Origin: Eledone cirrhosa
Lineage: Eukaryota
NCBI GenBank assembly: GCA_964016885.1
Contig: OZ024755.1
Location: 13,826,001-13,890,000 of the forward strand
Reading direction: 5' to 3'
DNA length: 64,000 nucleotides
In this document: positions 1 to 15,930 of the stretch, piece by piece
How positions within the stretch are numbered: position 1 is the stretch's first letter
Layout: every line of letters starts with the position of its first letter
The notes under the pieces: model-generated
Database searches by the model: none
The model's input: only the letters and a program-made list of their open reading frames with translations
Told to the model about the DNA's origin: nothing
Program-made: the position numbers and the translations under genes

Positions 1-2829
1 AAGGAATCTCGTTTCGGCCGCTTGTATTGGCGATCGTATTCTTTCGGACATTACCCAAGATTCATGACAATAGGTAAGGATTGACACGAATACCGAAGTG
101 AAGAGTGTGAGAAAATAAAAAAAAAATGCACAAGAATAATTGACACTTAACTCTATAACATTGATTCACAATTCGGATTCTACACATTTTCAATCCATTA
201 ATATTGTTGTGGGACGGCTACGACGATGATTGGTCCAGTTGTGAAGTTAATGTACAAGTGGTTGAGCACTCCACAGACACGTATATCCTCAACGTAATTC
301 TCTTTTGTCTTACTATTGCTGCTGATACTATTTCACGTTCACCATTCGTGGGAGAAGGATTAACGGCAAGTAAAGTATTTTACTCAAGAATGAAATACGC
401 CTCCATCTCTAGGAATTGAACCGATGACTTTATGCAACCAACACTCCACCTTCTCAACCACGTTTCTTCACTAGACGCTTTTAATCAACTCTCTTATTAT
501 TAGTAAAATAATTACTGATAATAATACTTGCAATGAGACTGAGTGGAAAGAAAATACCACCTCCACCACAGCCTAACCACAATCACCACCGCTACCATCA
601 CCACCACCTCAACTACTTTACAGTTTGATTGACAGATAGGTTTTATAAGTAAATATTTGACGTCTATAAAATGACAAAATTTCTTTTCAATAGAAAATGT
701 CGAATTGAGACATTACTAAATATTGGTTCTGACTGTCTCCATTATTGTATTTCTAAATAATTGTATAATAATTACAGTAAACTATATTGCCATTGTCTAG
801 TGTCATGTTGATAGACGTAGAAACGATGAGTGGTTAAGAAGTTAGCAGTAAAATAAGGAGGTTCCGCATAAAATGTTCAATTTAGACATATCTAAATATT
901 GGCACAAACGGTTTACATTATTGTGTATCTAAACTAATGATTTCTAATTTAGGCACAGGAACAGCAATTTGTGTGTGTGTGTGTGTGTGAAGAGTGGGTT
1001 CAGTTACACCTATCCCTGCACTTCGCTACAAAGTTAGCAATGCTCAGTCCCGCAAGAGTAAGCCGCCGAGTTGACAGAACAACTGTTAAAGTCATCGTTG
1101 AAAGCGACATGAGTTCATTTACCTTTCAATATTATGTTAGATTGTTATTGTATGATAGTTGTTGGTTATTTGTCTGGCTGTTTGTTTGGCCATGACTACT
1201 TTAAGCGTGGAAGAGAGTGAGGGCGGTATTATCAAGGACCTCGAGGATTGAAACCAATATTTACAACAGAAGCAATTTCGCCAAAGATACCCAAGAGTCA
1301 GGTGGTGGTGATAGTGGTAGAGCAGGTGTTAAAACGGGTGACTTGTGGTGGTGGGCGTTGTCGTTGTCGGCGGAGTTGTTTTTCAAATGACAGTAGCAAT
1401 AAAGTTAGTAAATAATAGAACAGTTATCAGCAACAAAAGAACGAGTAGCTTTCTAAACTTTGTGTTGTTGGGAAAAGTTTTGCTCTTTGTCGCCTTGTTA
1501 ATGCCATTGTTTTACTTTATATATATATCTATATATCTATATCTATATCTATCTATCTCTCTCTCTATATATATATATACATATGCAGAGAGAGAGAGAG
1601 AGAGAGAGAGATATAGAGAGAGAGGATGTCTGTGTGTATGTACATGTGTTTGTAAGTTTGAAAGGAAATTTACCTACATGTAATATATATATATATATAT
1701 ATATATATGAGTGTGTGTGTGTGTTTGTGTGTGCGTGTGTGTAACAATGTTACTGTGTCTCTCGTTATTTACAAATATACCCATTGTGAAGATTTTCAAT
1801 TCTGTGTATTTTATATCAGTTTAGTTAGGTTTTTCAGTTGAGAGGAAACTAGCAAAAAGGTCAGGTTTATTTGAAAGCCACTCGAATTATTAGTAGTAGC
1901 AATGTCAGTTGAGTGGATACTGGCCAATTGGCTACCACGTTAGCATTATACTGGCCTCAGGAGATAGATTGGAGACCCTACGTGGTCAATTTCACTGAAC
2001 TGCTAGAAATAGCAAGTAAATGTCATTGAAATAATACTCCACTGTCTTTTTGCCATTTAATGAACACATTGGCGACACTACGTTTAAAATAAAAAGATGG
2101 AATGATCAAAGTTGGAGCGCTTTTGGTCATAGTTCTAATGGATCAGTGCTGATTCAGAACTAAACAACAACGGCACGAACAGGGACTGGACAAAATGCTG
2201 ATGTGTCATATCATACCATTTACAGTTCAGGGTGTGGTGTGTATGTCATAGGAAAAGTTAACATTTGCATTTCATTTCCACTTAGCAATAAACAGGCGCC
2301 ATGGGTATGTACAAATCACTGCTGTAAGAAGTAACAATACTATGTAATTAATGAGTATTTCGTTAACATGCAACGTTCATGTTCTTCAGGAATACAAAAG
2401 ACAACGATAAAGCGATCCTATATTAAAGGTCAAACTGGATCATCTTATCCTTTCTGCCAACCTTATCATTATATCTGAACTCCGGTTCGCATTTGTAATG
2501 ACAAGCATATAATGGATCATTTTAATCTCATCACATATATACACAGTGGTCACCACATAAATAATTATAAGATAATTGCTAGGTTTTATACAGAATTATC
2601 AGCGCCATTTGACATTACACAACATCCAGTTGTTCTCTTTGATTTGATATTAAAGTTTGTAAAATTGGATGACTTCCAATACCAGATGTTGAGGTACATT
2701 TAAACATTTAAGATAGGGCTCCCTTAATCCGATAATTTCAAACGTGTTTAATGCAAAGGTTAACCGTCATATCTAAGGGTTGTTCTGCTATTAACTTTGC
2801 ATTATGACTTATATTTCATGAAGTAAGAT

Positions 2830-3342
2830 GATTGGTTCGCAGAGTCGTTAGAGCAGCTTATAGAATGTGCTCCGATATTTGTTACGGTTCTACATTCAAA
2901 TTCCGCTAAAGTGAACTTTGATTTTGATCCCCTCAGGGTCAATAAAATAGCAGAGATATTGGATTGAAAACATATAAATAAATGTTGACCCCTATATTAG
3001 TCACGAGGTCAGCAAAGTTTGGGGAAGAGCAAAGTTGATTAAATCAATCTCAGTACTTGACTGGTATTTTATTTTATCAACCTCGAAAGGATGTAAGGCA
3101 AAGTTAACTTCATCGAGATTTGAACTTAAATTGTAAAGAATCAGGACAAATTCCAAAGCTCTGCTAATTCTGCTGAGCACCCACCCTCATAAGTAAATAT
3201 TGGCTGCTAATGTTTTGTACAAGGTCGGCAATTTTTGGAGGGGAAAGCCGATTATATCGACCCCGGTACTTTATTGATACTTTTTTTGTCGACACCAGAA
3301 TGACGAAAAGCAAAGTTAATCTCGGCATGATTTGAACTCAGG
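2830..3342. mobile_element. Cluster of three diverged SINE copies (one +, two -)
   Basis: Diverged matches to the consensus body and B box. Further copies near 5090, 6060, 6835, 10746, 14400, 18660, 24620, 25055, 29815, 39005, 42530, 49500, 58375, 62080. Confidence 0.65.
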
Positions 3343-4983
3343 ACAACTTCCATAGTGACATTTAAACCACTCTTATATAAGTAAATATTTATATGAAAAT
3401 TCAGTTCTCAATATAAGACACAATCTCGACTCTGTAAGAAGATAGAAACTACTGAAGATACTAATGTATGAAAAGAATCTTTGAATAACTCCAATGTTTC
3501 TTTGAAAGCTTGTTATGCTATCACGTTAATACCGAAACCTTCTGAGAGAGGCGTGAGAATGCTTCTTATAGCTTATAGTCGTACGTTTGAACAATAATGA
3601 ATGACGGAAGAAAGATCTATCGCACATATTATTAATGGAAATAACTTTAGATAGATTATTTTCATTATCAGTATATACTCTACAATATATTATTAACTAT
3701 AAAGAATTTTAGATATTCCACTATTTTGGGATCATACGAAATATTTCTCTTTCTTATAACGATATTTTCTGTAGTTTTCTTTTTACGTACACGTGCACGA
3801 ACATTAGAATATTAAATATCTCTGCTTTTGATCCTTTCATTAAGAACTTTGAGCTAATTTCTCTTCACGTTTCCAGTAAATAATCTCTCAACACCACACT
3901 CAGTCCAATTACGAATATCACACAACTAAATTCCTCAACGTCACTACATACTCTTCTACACCTCACAATCTTTGATGACCATTTATGGTGGTGTTTCATC
4001 TGTAATATTGGTGACCTTTCTTGGAGACCTGTTTTGGTGTCTTTGCATCTATAACATTGCCAACACCACATCTTAAAGGCTAGGGTTCTACTGCAAGACC
4101 AGGAAAATGTTCATCCCTAATCAGTTAGTGACTCACTACAAAGCACGGCTATTAACTTATTCACATTAGAGCACTGTTTATAAATCTGGTTTTCACACAC
4201 ACACGCGCGCTCACATACACACAAAGGCATGCACGCACACATACACACATACACACATACAATCAACTGCCATAAACCAATACTTCATCCCTTTGTTTGT
4301 CAAAGGCTTACTCTCCAATACACTGGTCAACAAACACACTCTCCTCTCTATCTGCACCTTATACCACTATGTATATTATCTTCTTCTTCCCTGAATGAGC
4401 AATCTCCATACTATTTCTTCTTTCTGCTCCTCTCATCATAAAAACTCAGTTTCATCTCTCAAACATCATACTAAACACACTCAACCTCTCCTCTTCAGAA
4501 CCACAACACCTAGGAACTCTCACTCGTCTACGATTCCCTACAAATATCAATAAACAAAATTGTGAGCTCAACAACGTCTTTAGAGGGCTTTGTAAAGCAT
4601 GTGAATACTGCTTCTCTTTCTTCTAAAAGAAACATTAGCAGTAAAATCATCAAATGTGTAGATATTTTATGTGACTTGTGGAAATCTTCTCTTGAAGTCA
4701 TCTTTGTTTAACCAAATACATATTTAACATATATTTTATTTTCTTATCTTTCCATCTCGATAATTCCAGTGATTTAGCTTAAATTCAGTGTTAAATGAAG
4801 GTTGGGTCTGCATCAGTGTGGTAATATATAAAAAAAAACGTTTTTTCGCTGTAACTATGAAACAGAAAATTTCAGCGATTCGGGTTGTTTCTTCATCAAC
4901 AGACAGAGAAAAAAACACATTCCACTTCGTTTATATATATATGGTATGAGTTTGTCATCTAGTGAATACACACACACACACAG

Positions 4984-5045
<62 letters not shown>

Positions 5046-7744
5046 CACAATCCATTGCTAGCTTTTAAGTCATTTTTTATCAATATCAATAGGTTTCAAT
5101 TGATTGAACTAAGTCCTAGTTTATTACCAGTATGTATTTATCGATTCCAGAAGATCAAAAGGTAAAGGCGACCTCGACAGAACAGAGTGAGAAAATCCAA
5201 TACTGTAATGTATTTAGTGTGATGATCCAGAGTTTCTACCAACACCATCACTATAACATCAAATAAAACAATATTTTTCTTATCGAGGCACAATGTCTGT
5301 AACGTTCAAAATGCGTATAATGGAATTTCTTTTTAGATAAATATAAACTTTAAAACAAACAGCTTTGTATTGTAGAACCTGCGGCGGTTTGGTATCAAAA
5401 GGGTTAACACGGTTGGGTATTTTGTGAGGGAAAATTTGCTGTTGTATCTAACAAGCCAAGAAACGATGCACAAGGACTCTGTTTAACTGAAAGTTAATGT
5501 ACCGTTATGGGTTGTGGTTCAAATTACAACATCACAGTAGGCATTGTGGTATTCCTGCAATTATTTCATTTCCGTCATTTAATTTCCAGAGAAAAAAATT
5601 AATAATTCCAAACAGGAAATGCTTAAAATTACATAAAACAAAACAACAAAATCTAATTTACTTCCAATATTATTGTTCTTGATATTTTCGGACGAAAATG
5701 TCGTTTATAATTCATTCCGACAATTTTATTTACAGTTCAAAACCTCCATTTTGAATCTTAAACTGACCAAGTGGAAGAAATCAATAAAAAGTTATCATTC
5801 GTCTTAATTTTTCTATATTTTTCTTGATTGAGAACAGTTTAGGGATGTATTTGCTCTCAGCCCCTGTTCACCAAGACAACTTCGTTGATATTATACTACA
5901 TCCACCAAAACTACTATGGTATTTCATTTTGTTGTTATTTCATCCTGTTGAAAATGTATTTCCATTCCATTTCATTTTGTATTCGCTGTTGTTCTTCATG
6001 ATGTTATCGTTGCTGTTGTTCTTACTGTTCGTGATTTTGTTGTTGCTATTGGAGTTTCCAATGGCGACAAATTGACAGAGTCGTTAGAACATTGGATACA
6101 TTGCTTTCGGCTCAAATCTCTGGGTTCAAATCTCGCCCAGATCAACTTTGTCTTTCATCCATTCGAGTATCAGTATAGTACTGGGGTCAATTCTTCTATA
6201 TCACTTTCTCATTTTCATTCACTTACTCTCTACTCTTCTCGGGAAGACATCTGATGTATTCTGAGCTGGAGAAGATATGGGCTCCGCCAAGTTTACAAAT
6301 ACTCTAGATACGCTGCATGGCTGCGCTGATTATGCTTTAGAATTATTTGAAGGAAACACATTACTGATGTTATTTATATCGATAAGAAAAGTATGAAAGG
6401 CAATGGTAACTTCGGTGAGATTTGAATGGACTGAGCCAGAACAAACACCATAATATTTTCAATTTGAAACCCTAACAACTCTACCAACTCGCCGCCTATG
6501 CGTGTATTTATTTACGTCAATCTTTCGCAGCATCTAAATGTTTCTACGACTTTTCACCTCTTCAGACGGTGTACACACATATACATTCCATACACACGCA
6601 CTGACACACGTACACATATGTGCAATCAAATTAACCAGTAGAACTGTTATTCAGTATAGTTGTCAAGTACAGTTATCCAGAAATGTTATGCAAGAAATAC
6701 AAAAAACACAAGATATAGATACAACCGATTATTTTCTTATAGTTTTCGAGAATCTTCCAATTAACCGACAATCTATGAATTAATAATAATATACAGGTCT
6801 TGGTTACGACTGAAGTTCTTTGTTGAGGTTATTAGGGCAGCAAATTGGCAGAGTCGTTAAAGTGTAGGTTAAAATAACTTGTAAAATATATTTTGGCAAC
6901 TTGCCATTGCAGTTCGTACCCTGCTGCAGTTAATTTTGTTTTTAATTCTTCCGATGTCGATAAAATAAAGTATTTCCCGACAAAGGTTGATATTAATAAT
7001 AGTTTCATTCTATCCAATATCTCGCTTTATTCTTGGAAAGCTATATTTATTTCGGATCTTTGCATTCTGAGTTCAAATAGCTGCGAGTTCAACTTTGTCT
7101 TTCATCTTTTCGGTGACGATCAAATAAAATACTAGTCTAGGGCAGTGGATCAGCGGAAATGTTATAGCATCGGTATTTGATCCGGTTGTTTGTGTTCGTA
7201 CTTCAAATCCTGCCGTGGCCTACTTGAGTGTTACATTTAAAATATGGCCTGATTTAACACTAACTTCTTGGATTTTGTGTACTTAGTGGAGTCTAGTAAT
7301 TGCTAGTATTTGAGCCAGGACTCTGTATTAAAGATATTTCTCTCACACTTTCTTATCTCGCAGGCCCTGAAAAAAAAAAGAGTCAAGAGTGCCAGCCTTC
7401 CACCAGTTAACGCTAAAATACATTCAACTTATGAAAGAATTATTTGTTAACAATGGGGAATTGTAAATGAATGAAGCTTGGTTTTCACCTGTTCCAAGAA
7501 CAAATATTGAATAGCAATATATTATGCAACATAATGACCGCGACTAAAAACAGCCAAGGGCCAGGTGGTGCTGATAAACCAGAGAATCAATTATGTGCTG
7601 GTAGAGCCTCCCTCTTCTTCCAGCTGTCACATTTTGCATGTTTTGCCTGATCAAGTGAGGATTCGAGTGATTGTCTGTGACTGCTCAACACTACATTGTA
7701 CAAGCACGGTACATGTTATTATGTCATATTCGATTACGAATGAT

Positions 7745-7836
<92 letters not shown>

Positions 7837-7935
7837 GTATATATATATATGTATGTATATATATGTATATATATATATATATATTATTTATAATAAGGAA
7901 ATAGAATGTAGTTGAAAAATAAAAGCTTCTTCTTT

Positions 7936-7970
<35 letters not shown>

Positions 7971-7973
<3 letters not shown>

Positions 7974-8172
7974 CGAAGGAAGTGTGATAAGGAACCAAGT
8001 GGATCATAATGCACCAGAGTACTCAATACTTAGGATAGTAGAGTGGGTAATAGGAAAATGTTCAAGACCCCGACAGCAGAGCTCGAGCCGTTTCTACGGC
8101 TATTTCCGGACGTCCAGAAATAGCCGTCGAAACGGCTCGAGCTCTCCCGTCGGGGTCGTAAACATTTTCCTG
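7971..8172 (-). mobile_element. (TA)n-embedded fold-back relic, family A (putative Penelope-like pLTR)
   Basis: Flanked by TA tracts; about 120-nt imperfect palindrome at 8052-8171 holding the hammerhead 3' half (GAAACGG...CCGTC). Homologous to 26312-26419 (opposite strand) and 20525-20639. Confidence 0.65.
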
Positions 8173-8222
8173 TATATATATAAATGGAAAAGAATGAAAC
8201 TAAATTTCATTTCTCACTCTTA

Positions 8223-8271
<49 letters not shown>

Positions 8272-8510
8272 TCGGAACCAAAACGCACAACACGAATCAT
8301 TTTTTTTCTCGAAGGAAGGTTTAATTATTTTATCTGCCATTTCTAGCAAGCTCAGCAACTGCTGCTAGGCGTCTGTTCGTTAGCTCACATTAGTGAAGTT
8401 AGTGAACAAACTGTAACATGGAATCAGAATTGTGTTTCAGACTCGATTACCTCGCAGCTATTTTCAAAGATAAAATCGATTCTAATATATCATTTGTGTT
8501 TCTACAAGTT

Positions 8511-8611
<101 letters not shown>

Positions 8612-10984
8612 CATGTATATAAATACATATTCATATATATAGATACATATATATGCACACACATATATATATATAATTTGTCAGTTTTTTTTACTTACAT
8701 TTTAAAGAATGCGATTGGAATGGTTTTTATCTTCGGAATTTATTGGATTTCTGTAATAGACGAAGCATCTTTTACTTCACTAATACCATTACTTCCATCC
8801 ATGTTGTCATTCCATTATTCTCTCATTCTCTTTTCCTCTTCTAAATTGTTATAGAATTTTGCATTTAAACATATCTATTCCTGATTTTACTTCATTGCAT
8901 TCTTATTATCTGAAGAATATATTTACCTTCTTATATTAATTCCTCTATTTCTGATATTAACTATCCATGTGTTATTTCAATGTGCTCTGATGCAAGTGGT
9001 ATTATTTAGTTAGTGGGTTTAATGATATGTGTGTGTGTGTTGACTTTTATGTATTTATCTATTGGCACTGTAGATTGACAGAATGGGTAACGTAACAAAC
9101 GGCGAAAGCGTCTTAATATTTGTTTATGCTTCCTGCAGGCTGCGTTCAAATCCCAGTGAGGTCTATGTTGCGGTTTATTAATTTTTTCACTGTTGATAAA
9201 AAAAATACCAACCTCAGTTTTGATGAAGCCCTGTTTCCTCTTACTATCAGATGCTGGGTATTCCGCTGGGTCAAGGGCGAGATGGTCGAAATAATTATTG
9301 TGCCTGCTCACCCAGCTTTTAGGTCACGTAAAACTATTAACATAAGCAAAGTACATACTACCAAGTGATCCTCGATAGCGAGTGATAACTATATTATATA
9401 CTTGTTCTATATAGTATTGACATGTGTGTTTACTAACAAGGCGGTCGATTTTTTCAATCGTTGGAACGTCAGATACAAGGCGTTGCGATATTTGTTCTGG
9501 ATCATTGCGATCTCTGTTAAAATATAGGTGAGGTCGGTTTTGACTTTCACTATTTCACCTTCAATAATGAAAGCCCTGAACTAGTGTTACGACAGCTCTC
9601 TCACCTTCTGACACTCAGATTCGGGGTATTCCGCTAGATTAAGAATGTGAAGGTGGAGGAGTTTATGTTTTACCATGACTACATTGGCTAATGCATGACA
9701 CACGCTACTATATCATCGTCGACTGCGACTGAGAGCCTTAGGCTCTGTTGTGTACATACGTTTCGTATATCTAAGCATGAACCAGGACTACGAAGACAAT
9801 GATACGGTTTCGATTATCCATTCAAGTTACTTTTACTTTACTTACACAAATATGATAGGCATGGACTTTCTTTAAACAGTTGAGCAAATCATGCATTCAG
9901 CAACATCTCATTCTTCCCTTATATTCTACTATGTCAGAAGAAATCCATGTCTTAGAGTCAGTAGCGATGCCGTAGTGGTAAATCTTTTGTCAAATCCCGA
10001 ACCCAGTTTTGACCAGTTTCCCTTGAATCAGTAATTGTCCTTATTGTGACATGAACACCACAAATTCTTATTTCCTTTTTGTAAATTCCAAACTTCTTTA
10101 TTAAAGACCGTATGTACATATTGCTGGGAATTTGGGGTTGGGTTACAGGAATCAAAAAAATTTATGTTATTTTATTTATATTCAACTGTTTAACTGAAAT
10201 GGTTTGAAATCTTTCCGATGTTAAATATAATTTTCATTCCTCCAAGATCGATAATTAAGTATCAATAATGTCGATTATATGGACCATTTCTGCTTCTCTA
10301 TATTCAAAGTCCAGTACCTTTTTGAATTTATTTGAAAGGCTTCCGTTGTTAGCTTTAAATTTCAATATTTTAGGATCGATAATTATCAGCAAGGACAATT
10401 ATATTGAACACATCTGGCTCTTTTCATAAAGGATCTTTTGATCAGATCATAGAAATCAATAATTTTGTTGATGACCTTTCAACCAGAAATGCACTCCTCC
10501 AATGGCGATATAAATCTTGAATTGAATAAAGAAAAACACCAATATTTCGTAATAATAGATCTGACATTTTAAAGCAACTGTCAATTCCTGAAGATTGTTT
10601 TTGACTTGAGTTTAGTCTAGCTTCAAACAGTGAATTACATTATTATTTGAACATAAATATTAATTAGTGGATCTTCAATTCTGTTTAACGTCATTTTAAT
10701 ACTCTTTTAAATAATTTATTATTTTATAAATTTGCTGGTTTCAATGGTGGCGGATTGGCAGAATCATAAGAACGTCAGACAATATGTTTGATGCATATAG
10801 TGAAGAATATTTACGGCCTGAGTTCAAGTCCCGCCGGGATCAATAAAATAAAATACCAATTAAGAAATGGGATCAATAAAATAAAATCCCAGTTAAGAAA
10901 TAGGTCGATATAATTGACTTTCTTCTGCCTCCAAATTACTGGCCTTGTGCCAATGTCAGACACATGCACACAGACAAACACACA

Positions 10985-11045
<61 letters not shown>

Positions 11046-11528
11046 TAATAATAATAGAGCTTTCGAAATTAATCGATGTTGTTTTGCCACACGGCAACCG
11101 AAATCGAATTAATCATGGCTACTACCCACTCACTCTATGAGACAAGAAATTGATTCTTCAATCAGAGTGAACTCATTAGTTTCAGCGAGGAGTCAACGAT
11201 ACATGAATAAAGAAAAATTGATTAATTAATAAGAAAATTAATAATTACCCATACCACGTGCTTTCTAATGCGTGCACTGTTTATTGCAGTTGCAATAGCA
11301 AGTGCATATCGAACAGTGAATTACGTAAGGAATCTCAGAATCGCAGCATTGTCTTCTGTTGTGTTTGTCCGTTATTCGCAGACTAACCACCCTTGGTAAA
11401 ATACCTATAGAAGAGGTCATTGTAATGCGATCTGTATGAGAGCTCATGGTAGGAATAGAGGTAACAATAATTATTCCGACATCGTAATTCCCTCAACTAG
11501 TGTAGGAAATAAATTCATAAACTGGGAG

Positions 11529-11616
<88 letters not shown>

Positions 11617-11627
11617 CGTGTGTGTTT

Positions 11628-11800
11628 GAAGGTTAAAGTGTTGGTCTTTCATTCGTAAAATTGTGAGTTCGATTCACGGATCAGGTAGTGCATTTTGTCC
11701 ATGAGCAAGACATTTTATTCCATGCTGCTACAGTTCTCTCAGCAGGAAATAATGAATTCAACGTCACTGGTGCCATGCAGTATTAACCTTTGGCAAGATG
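11628..11800 (+). mobile_element. Second tRNA-derived SINE family
   Basis: tRNA-like head (ggttaaagtgttgg...gagttcgattc) plus a tgtcc.tgagcaagaca.tttat core. Other copies near 11900(-), 16250(+), 21385(+), 31975(-), 37420(+). Confidence 0.65.
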
Positions 11801-12865
11801 ACTTGACTGGAAAAACTTGCAATAACGTGTTTTGTTTAACGTCTCGGTGAAATTGATCGTGACATATTGAGTGAAAAGGCTGGACCTTTCAAATGATGGG
11901 TACAACTCATTTTTGGCAGCTTTGTGGACAAGAGGAATGTGAAATATAGTGTCTTGTTTAAATACAAGACAAGACGCCGAGAATCGAACTTATGACACTG
12001 TTATCGTCAGCCGAACACCCCTGACACTAAACGACGTGCCTTCAACTATAAACAATAACGTGCATACAAAATCAAATATCTATATGCTGAGATTCGGCAG
12101 CAGAAAACACTAAGCTAATTTGATAATACTTAAAATATTCTACATTTTACCTATTAGTCGTATAACTCCATTTCTCCATTCACCGTAGAATAGTATAAAA
12201 TATCATAAAAATACATCATTACTTTCATCGTGTTCATTGATAGAATGAGGGGCAAGATAATAAAATGGTTATTAAGCGTCAATAATAATTACTTTCAATC
12301 GTGATTTATATAGCTTAAAAGAAGTCGCTGTGTATAGAAAGAATGTTATTCGGTATTTACACCCATGTAAAAAAAAGTTAATAGAGTTCGGTGCAGTGCG
12401 AAAAATGGTCAATAAGTTCAGAGACGTGATAGAAACTACTGGAAATATATTGGAAAAAGAGAGAGAGAATGTGAGTGAGAGAGAAAAAGAGAATTTGCAT
12501 GTGAGGGATAAAGAGAGAGTGAGAGAGAGAGGGTGTGTGTGTCTGAGTGTGAGAGCGGATGTATGTGACTGATAGAGAGAGAGATGTAGAGAGAATGTGC
12601 GTGGGAGGGAGAGAGTGTGTCTGAGAGAGAGAGAGAATAAGCATGTGAGGGAGAGTGCATATGAGAGAAAAAAGCGGAGTATGTGTATGTGTGTAAGAGA
12701 GAGAAAGGCGGAGTGTGTGTGTGTGAGAGGAGAAGTGAGTGCGTGTATGTGAGAGAGAAAGGGAATGTGTGTAAATGGGAGGGGGGGGTAGATGTAGTCA
12801 TGTGACTCAAGTTAGCCTTGTTGTTTGTGCAGTGAATTTGGTTCGTCGTTTTTTAACTCAGCATC

Positions 12866-12867
<2 letters not shown>

Positions 12868-12907
<40 letters not shown>

Positions 12908-12955
12908 GCTACTACTGCTGCTACTACTACTACAACAACAACAACAACAACAACA

Positions 12956-12987
<32 letters not shown>

Positions 12988-12994
12988 AACAACA

Positions 12995-13039
<45 letters not shown>

Positions 13040-13352
13040 GTATTTTGTTTTCTGTGACCATCTCCTGGCTTCTTATATAGTCTTTTCCATCTCTTTCTGT
13101 TTTACACTTCTGTCTTCTTTTTTGTTTCATTTTCTGTCTTCTTCCTTCTTCCTATACACCCCCTCTTCCTCCTCCTCCTCCTCCTCCTCCTCCTCCTCCT
13201 CCTCCTCCTCCTCGTCATCATCATCATGGTCGTTGTTGTTGTTGTTGTTGTTGTTGTTGTTCTTCTTCTTCTTCTTCTTCTTCTTCTTCTTCTTCTTCTT
13301 CTTCTTCTTCTTCTTCTTCTTCTTCTTCTTCTTCTTCTTCTTCTTCTTCTTC
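12868..13352. repeat. Compound trinucleotide microsatellite field (TAC/CAC/CAA, then TCC/TCA/TTG/TTC)
   Basis: Seen directly; explains the poly-Y/L/Q/S/F ORFs. Confidence 0.95.
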
Positions 13353-13726
13353 ATGCAATCAAACATTTCTAAAATTATCCCAACACGTTAAATAATATTA
13401 TCTCAACTACGTATCTTTAGGGGTCAATATATTTTTATTTCTCCTCTGCATTGATAAACCTTTTTGGCATTTATCAATATTTATTTCTCATACGTGTGAC
13501 GAGTGTTGTTGAGCAATGGCAGTCGCTGTAGAAGAACTGTAGTGTAAGTCGTTATGAAGCATTAGGTAAAGATGGAGAGTATTGGTAGGCGTTATAGTTG
13601 ATCTCTGTAATCTAATCGAACAGCCATATTTACTTGTGGCAAGAGTGATGAATCTTGTTTTCACTTTGATGTACTTTTAGTACCAATTAAATCCTTATCA
13701 ACAGGAGAAAGCAATGGCGTCCTGAC

Positions 13727-13850
<124 letters not shown>

Positions 13851-13932
13851 CTGTGTGTCTGTGTATGTATGTGTGTGTGTGTGTCTGTGTGTCTGTGTAT
13901 GTGTCTGTGTGTCTGTGTATGTATGTGGATGG

Positions 13933-13971
<39 letters not shown>

Positions 13972-15082
13972 TGAGTCTGTGCTCATGAACGTGCTACATT
14001 AGGTGCTGTATGTGCTGATGCAAGTAAATACATTTACCTGCGTGTGTATATGCACTTGGAAATATTTAAATATGAACCATTACAACACTCATATAAGTGA
14101 TGCGGTTTATGAGATGAAACACTGAGGTGAAAACAAGGGTTCTAATGTGGGATTTAAAAACCAATTCTATTTTCTAAGTTCACTTATTTCTTCACTTCGG
14201 TTTCTATTAAATCCCTCCAGGTGTCATGACATAAACATCAACATAAAAATGAAATTTGAAATTCAACACAGGATGAAACCAGTTTCTGTCATTAAAACAC
14301 GCTTAAAATTGCTTCCATCTTTTATGTTCTACTTCAAATATTCTGGCTATACACAAACATCTCGCTTAACATTATTGTTTGTTTATCACAATTTGATAGT
14401 TAACATCAACAAATTATCGTTGGAGCATCAAACCAAATACCCTGAGGTATTTGTTTCGGATCTGTGTCCTATAAGTTCAAATGCCACCAAGGTCAAATTT
14501 ACCTTTCGCTCTTCTGGAATCGATAAAAGTTTCCCTCCCTCTTTTTTTCTTTCTTTCTTTGGAACATGCTATCTTAGGTAAGACCAACAATGACACTTTC
14601 TATAGGAGACCAGTTAAATATGTAATTGTAAATCCAGAACAGGTGTTATTGAATGGCTAAGACGTAGAAAAGAGAATACACTACCAACGTATAACATCAA
14701 TCTATCTTGTATTTCATACAAATGCAATAATTATAATTAGCCAATAAATTTGGTATTCCTACATTTGTTCGTCCCATAATATCCTTCGTTCTGCAGCCCA
14801 CATTCAGATTCTGCAAATCTACATTACGAGAGTCTGCTGAACGTTTTTTCATCCCACAAAATGTCCAAAATCAATTTCTTCACGAAGCAAGCTTGGTGGG
14901 GTTGCTGGTTTAGTTGCCGACGACCCGAACATGCACAGGTTGCACAGGATTATATGCTACCAGCAGCGCTCAAAAATGACCTGACATACATACATACACA
15001 CATACACACCTACATACATAATTAGCAAGCTGATGGTGTCTAAATTGCAATGAAAAAGTATTCTTTCTGTGTTAGAAGCTGG

Positions 15083-15198
<116 letters not shown>

Positions 15199-15889
15199 TC
15201 CCTCACACACACACTTTCTCTCTAGTGATGTGGAATCAAAACAAAAAAAAAAAAACGTAACAGAACACATACACACATACACAAGGCGACCACATACACG
15301 CGCAGCTCATATTCAGCTCATACACAGCACACAGTGGTATTTTGAGAAATGGTTGTCGAGTCTCCGGTGATTCACTTGTGTGACATAAATTCAATGTTGA
15401 TTGGACTTTGTGATCATGACATTAAATCTTTAATAGGAGAACAACTTCATAGGTAACAGAAATCTAGTTATGTTTGGCAAATGAAAGAGACCAGTCTATG
15501 AAGATGTAAGATATTGTAATATCCATTGGTTTTCGCTTTGTAGTAGCTTTCTGAATTATAGGGAACCGAGAAATAGGATATTATAAAGTGTATGTCATCC
15601 CTAGCGGATTGGAAGCTTAATTGAATATATACACATACACTCTGTCATAAACACATGCACACTAACACTTTCTCTTACACCCCACACCCACACACATATA
15701 TATATATACAAATAGAGAGAGACATGTTTGTCTGCGTGTATGTGAGTATAAGTGTATTTGTTTCTATTTTCACTGTGTATGTATTTAATTTATAGACGAG
15801 TACAGCTGAATGAAATTTCACATCTAGGCCTACTGACACAGACACATACAGGTATATATATATATATATACGTACACACACACACTCAA

Positions 15890-15930
<41 letters not shown>

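Noticed and set aside
1-56. Minus-strand CCGAAAGA...GAAACGAGATT hammerhead-like arrangement
   Set aside because: Core spacing is wrong, stem I cannot be shown and it is cut by the window edge.
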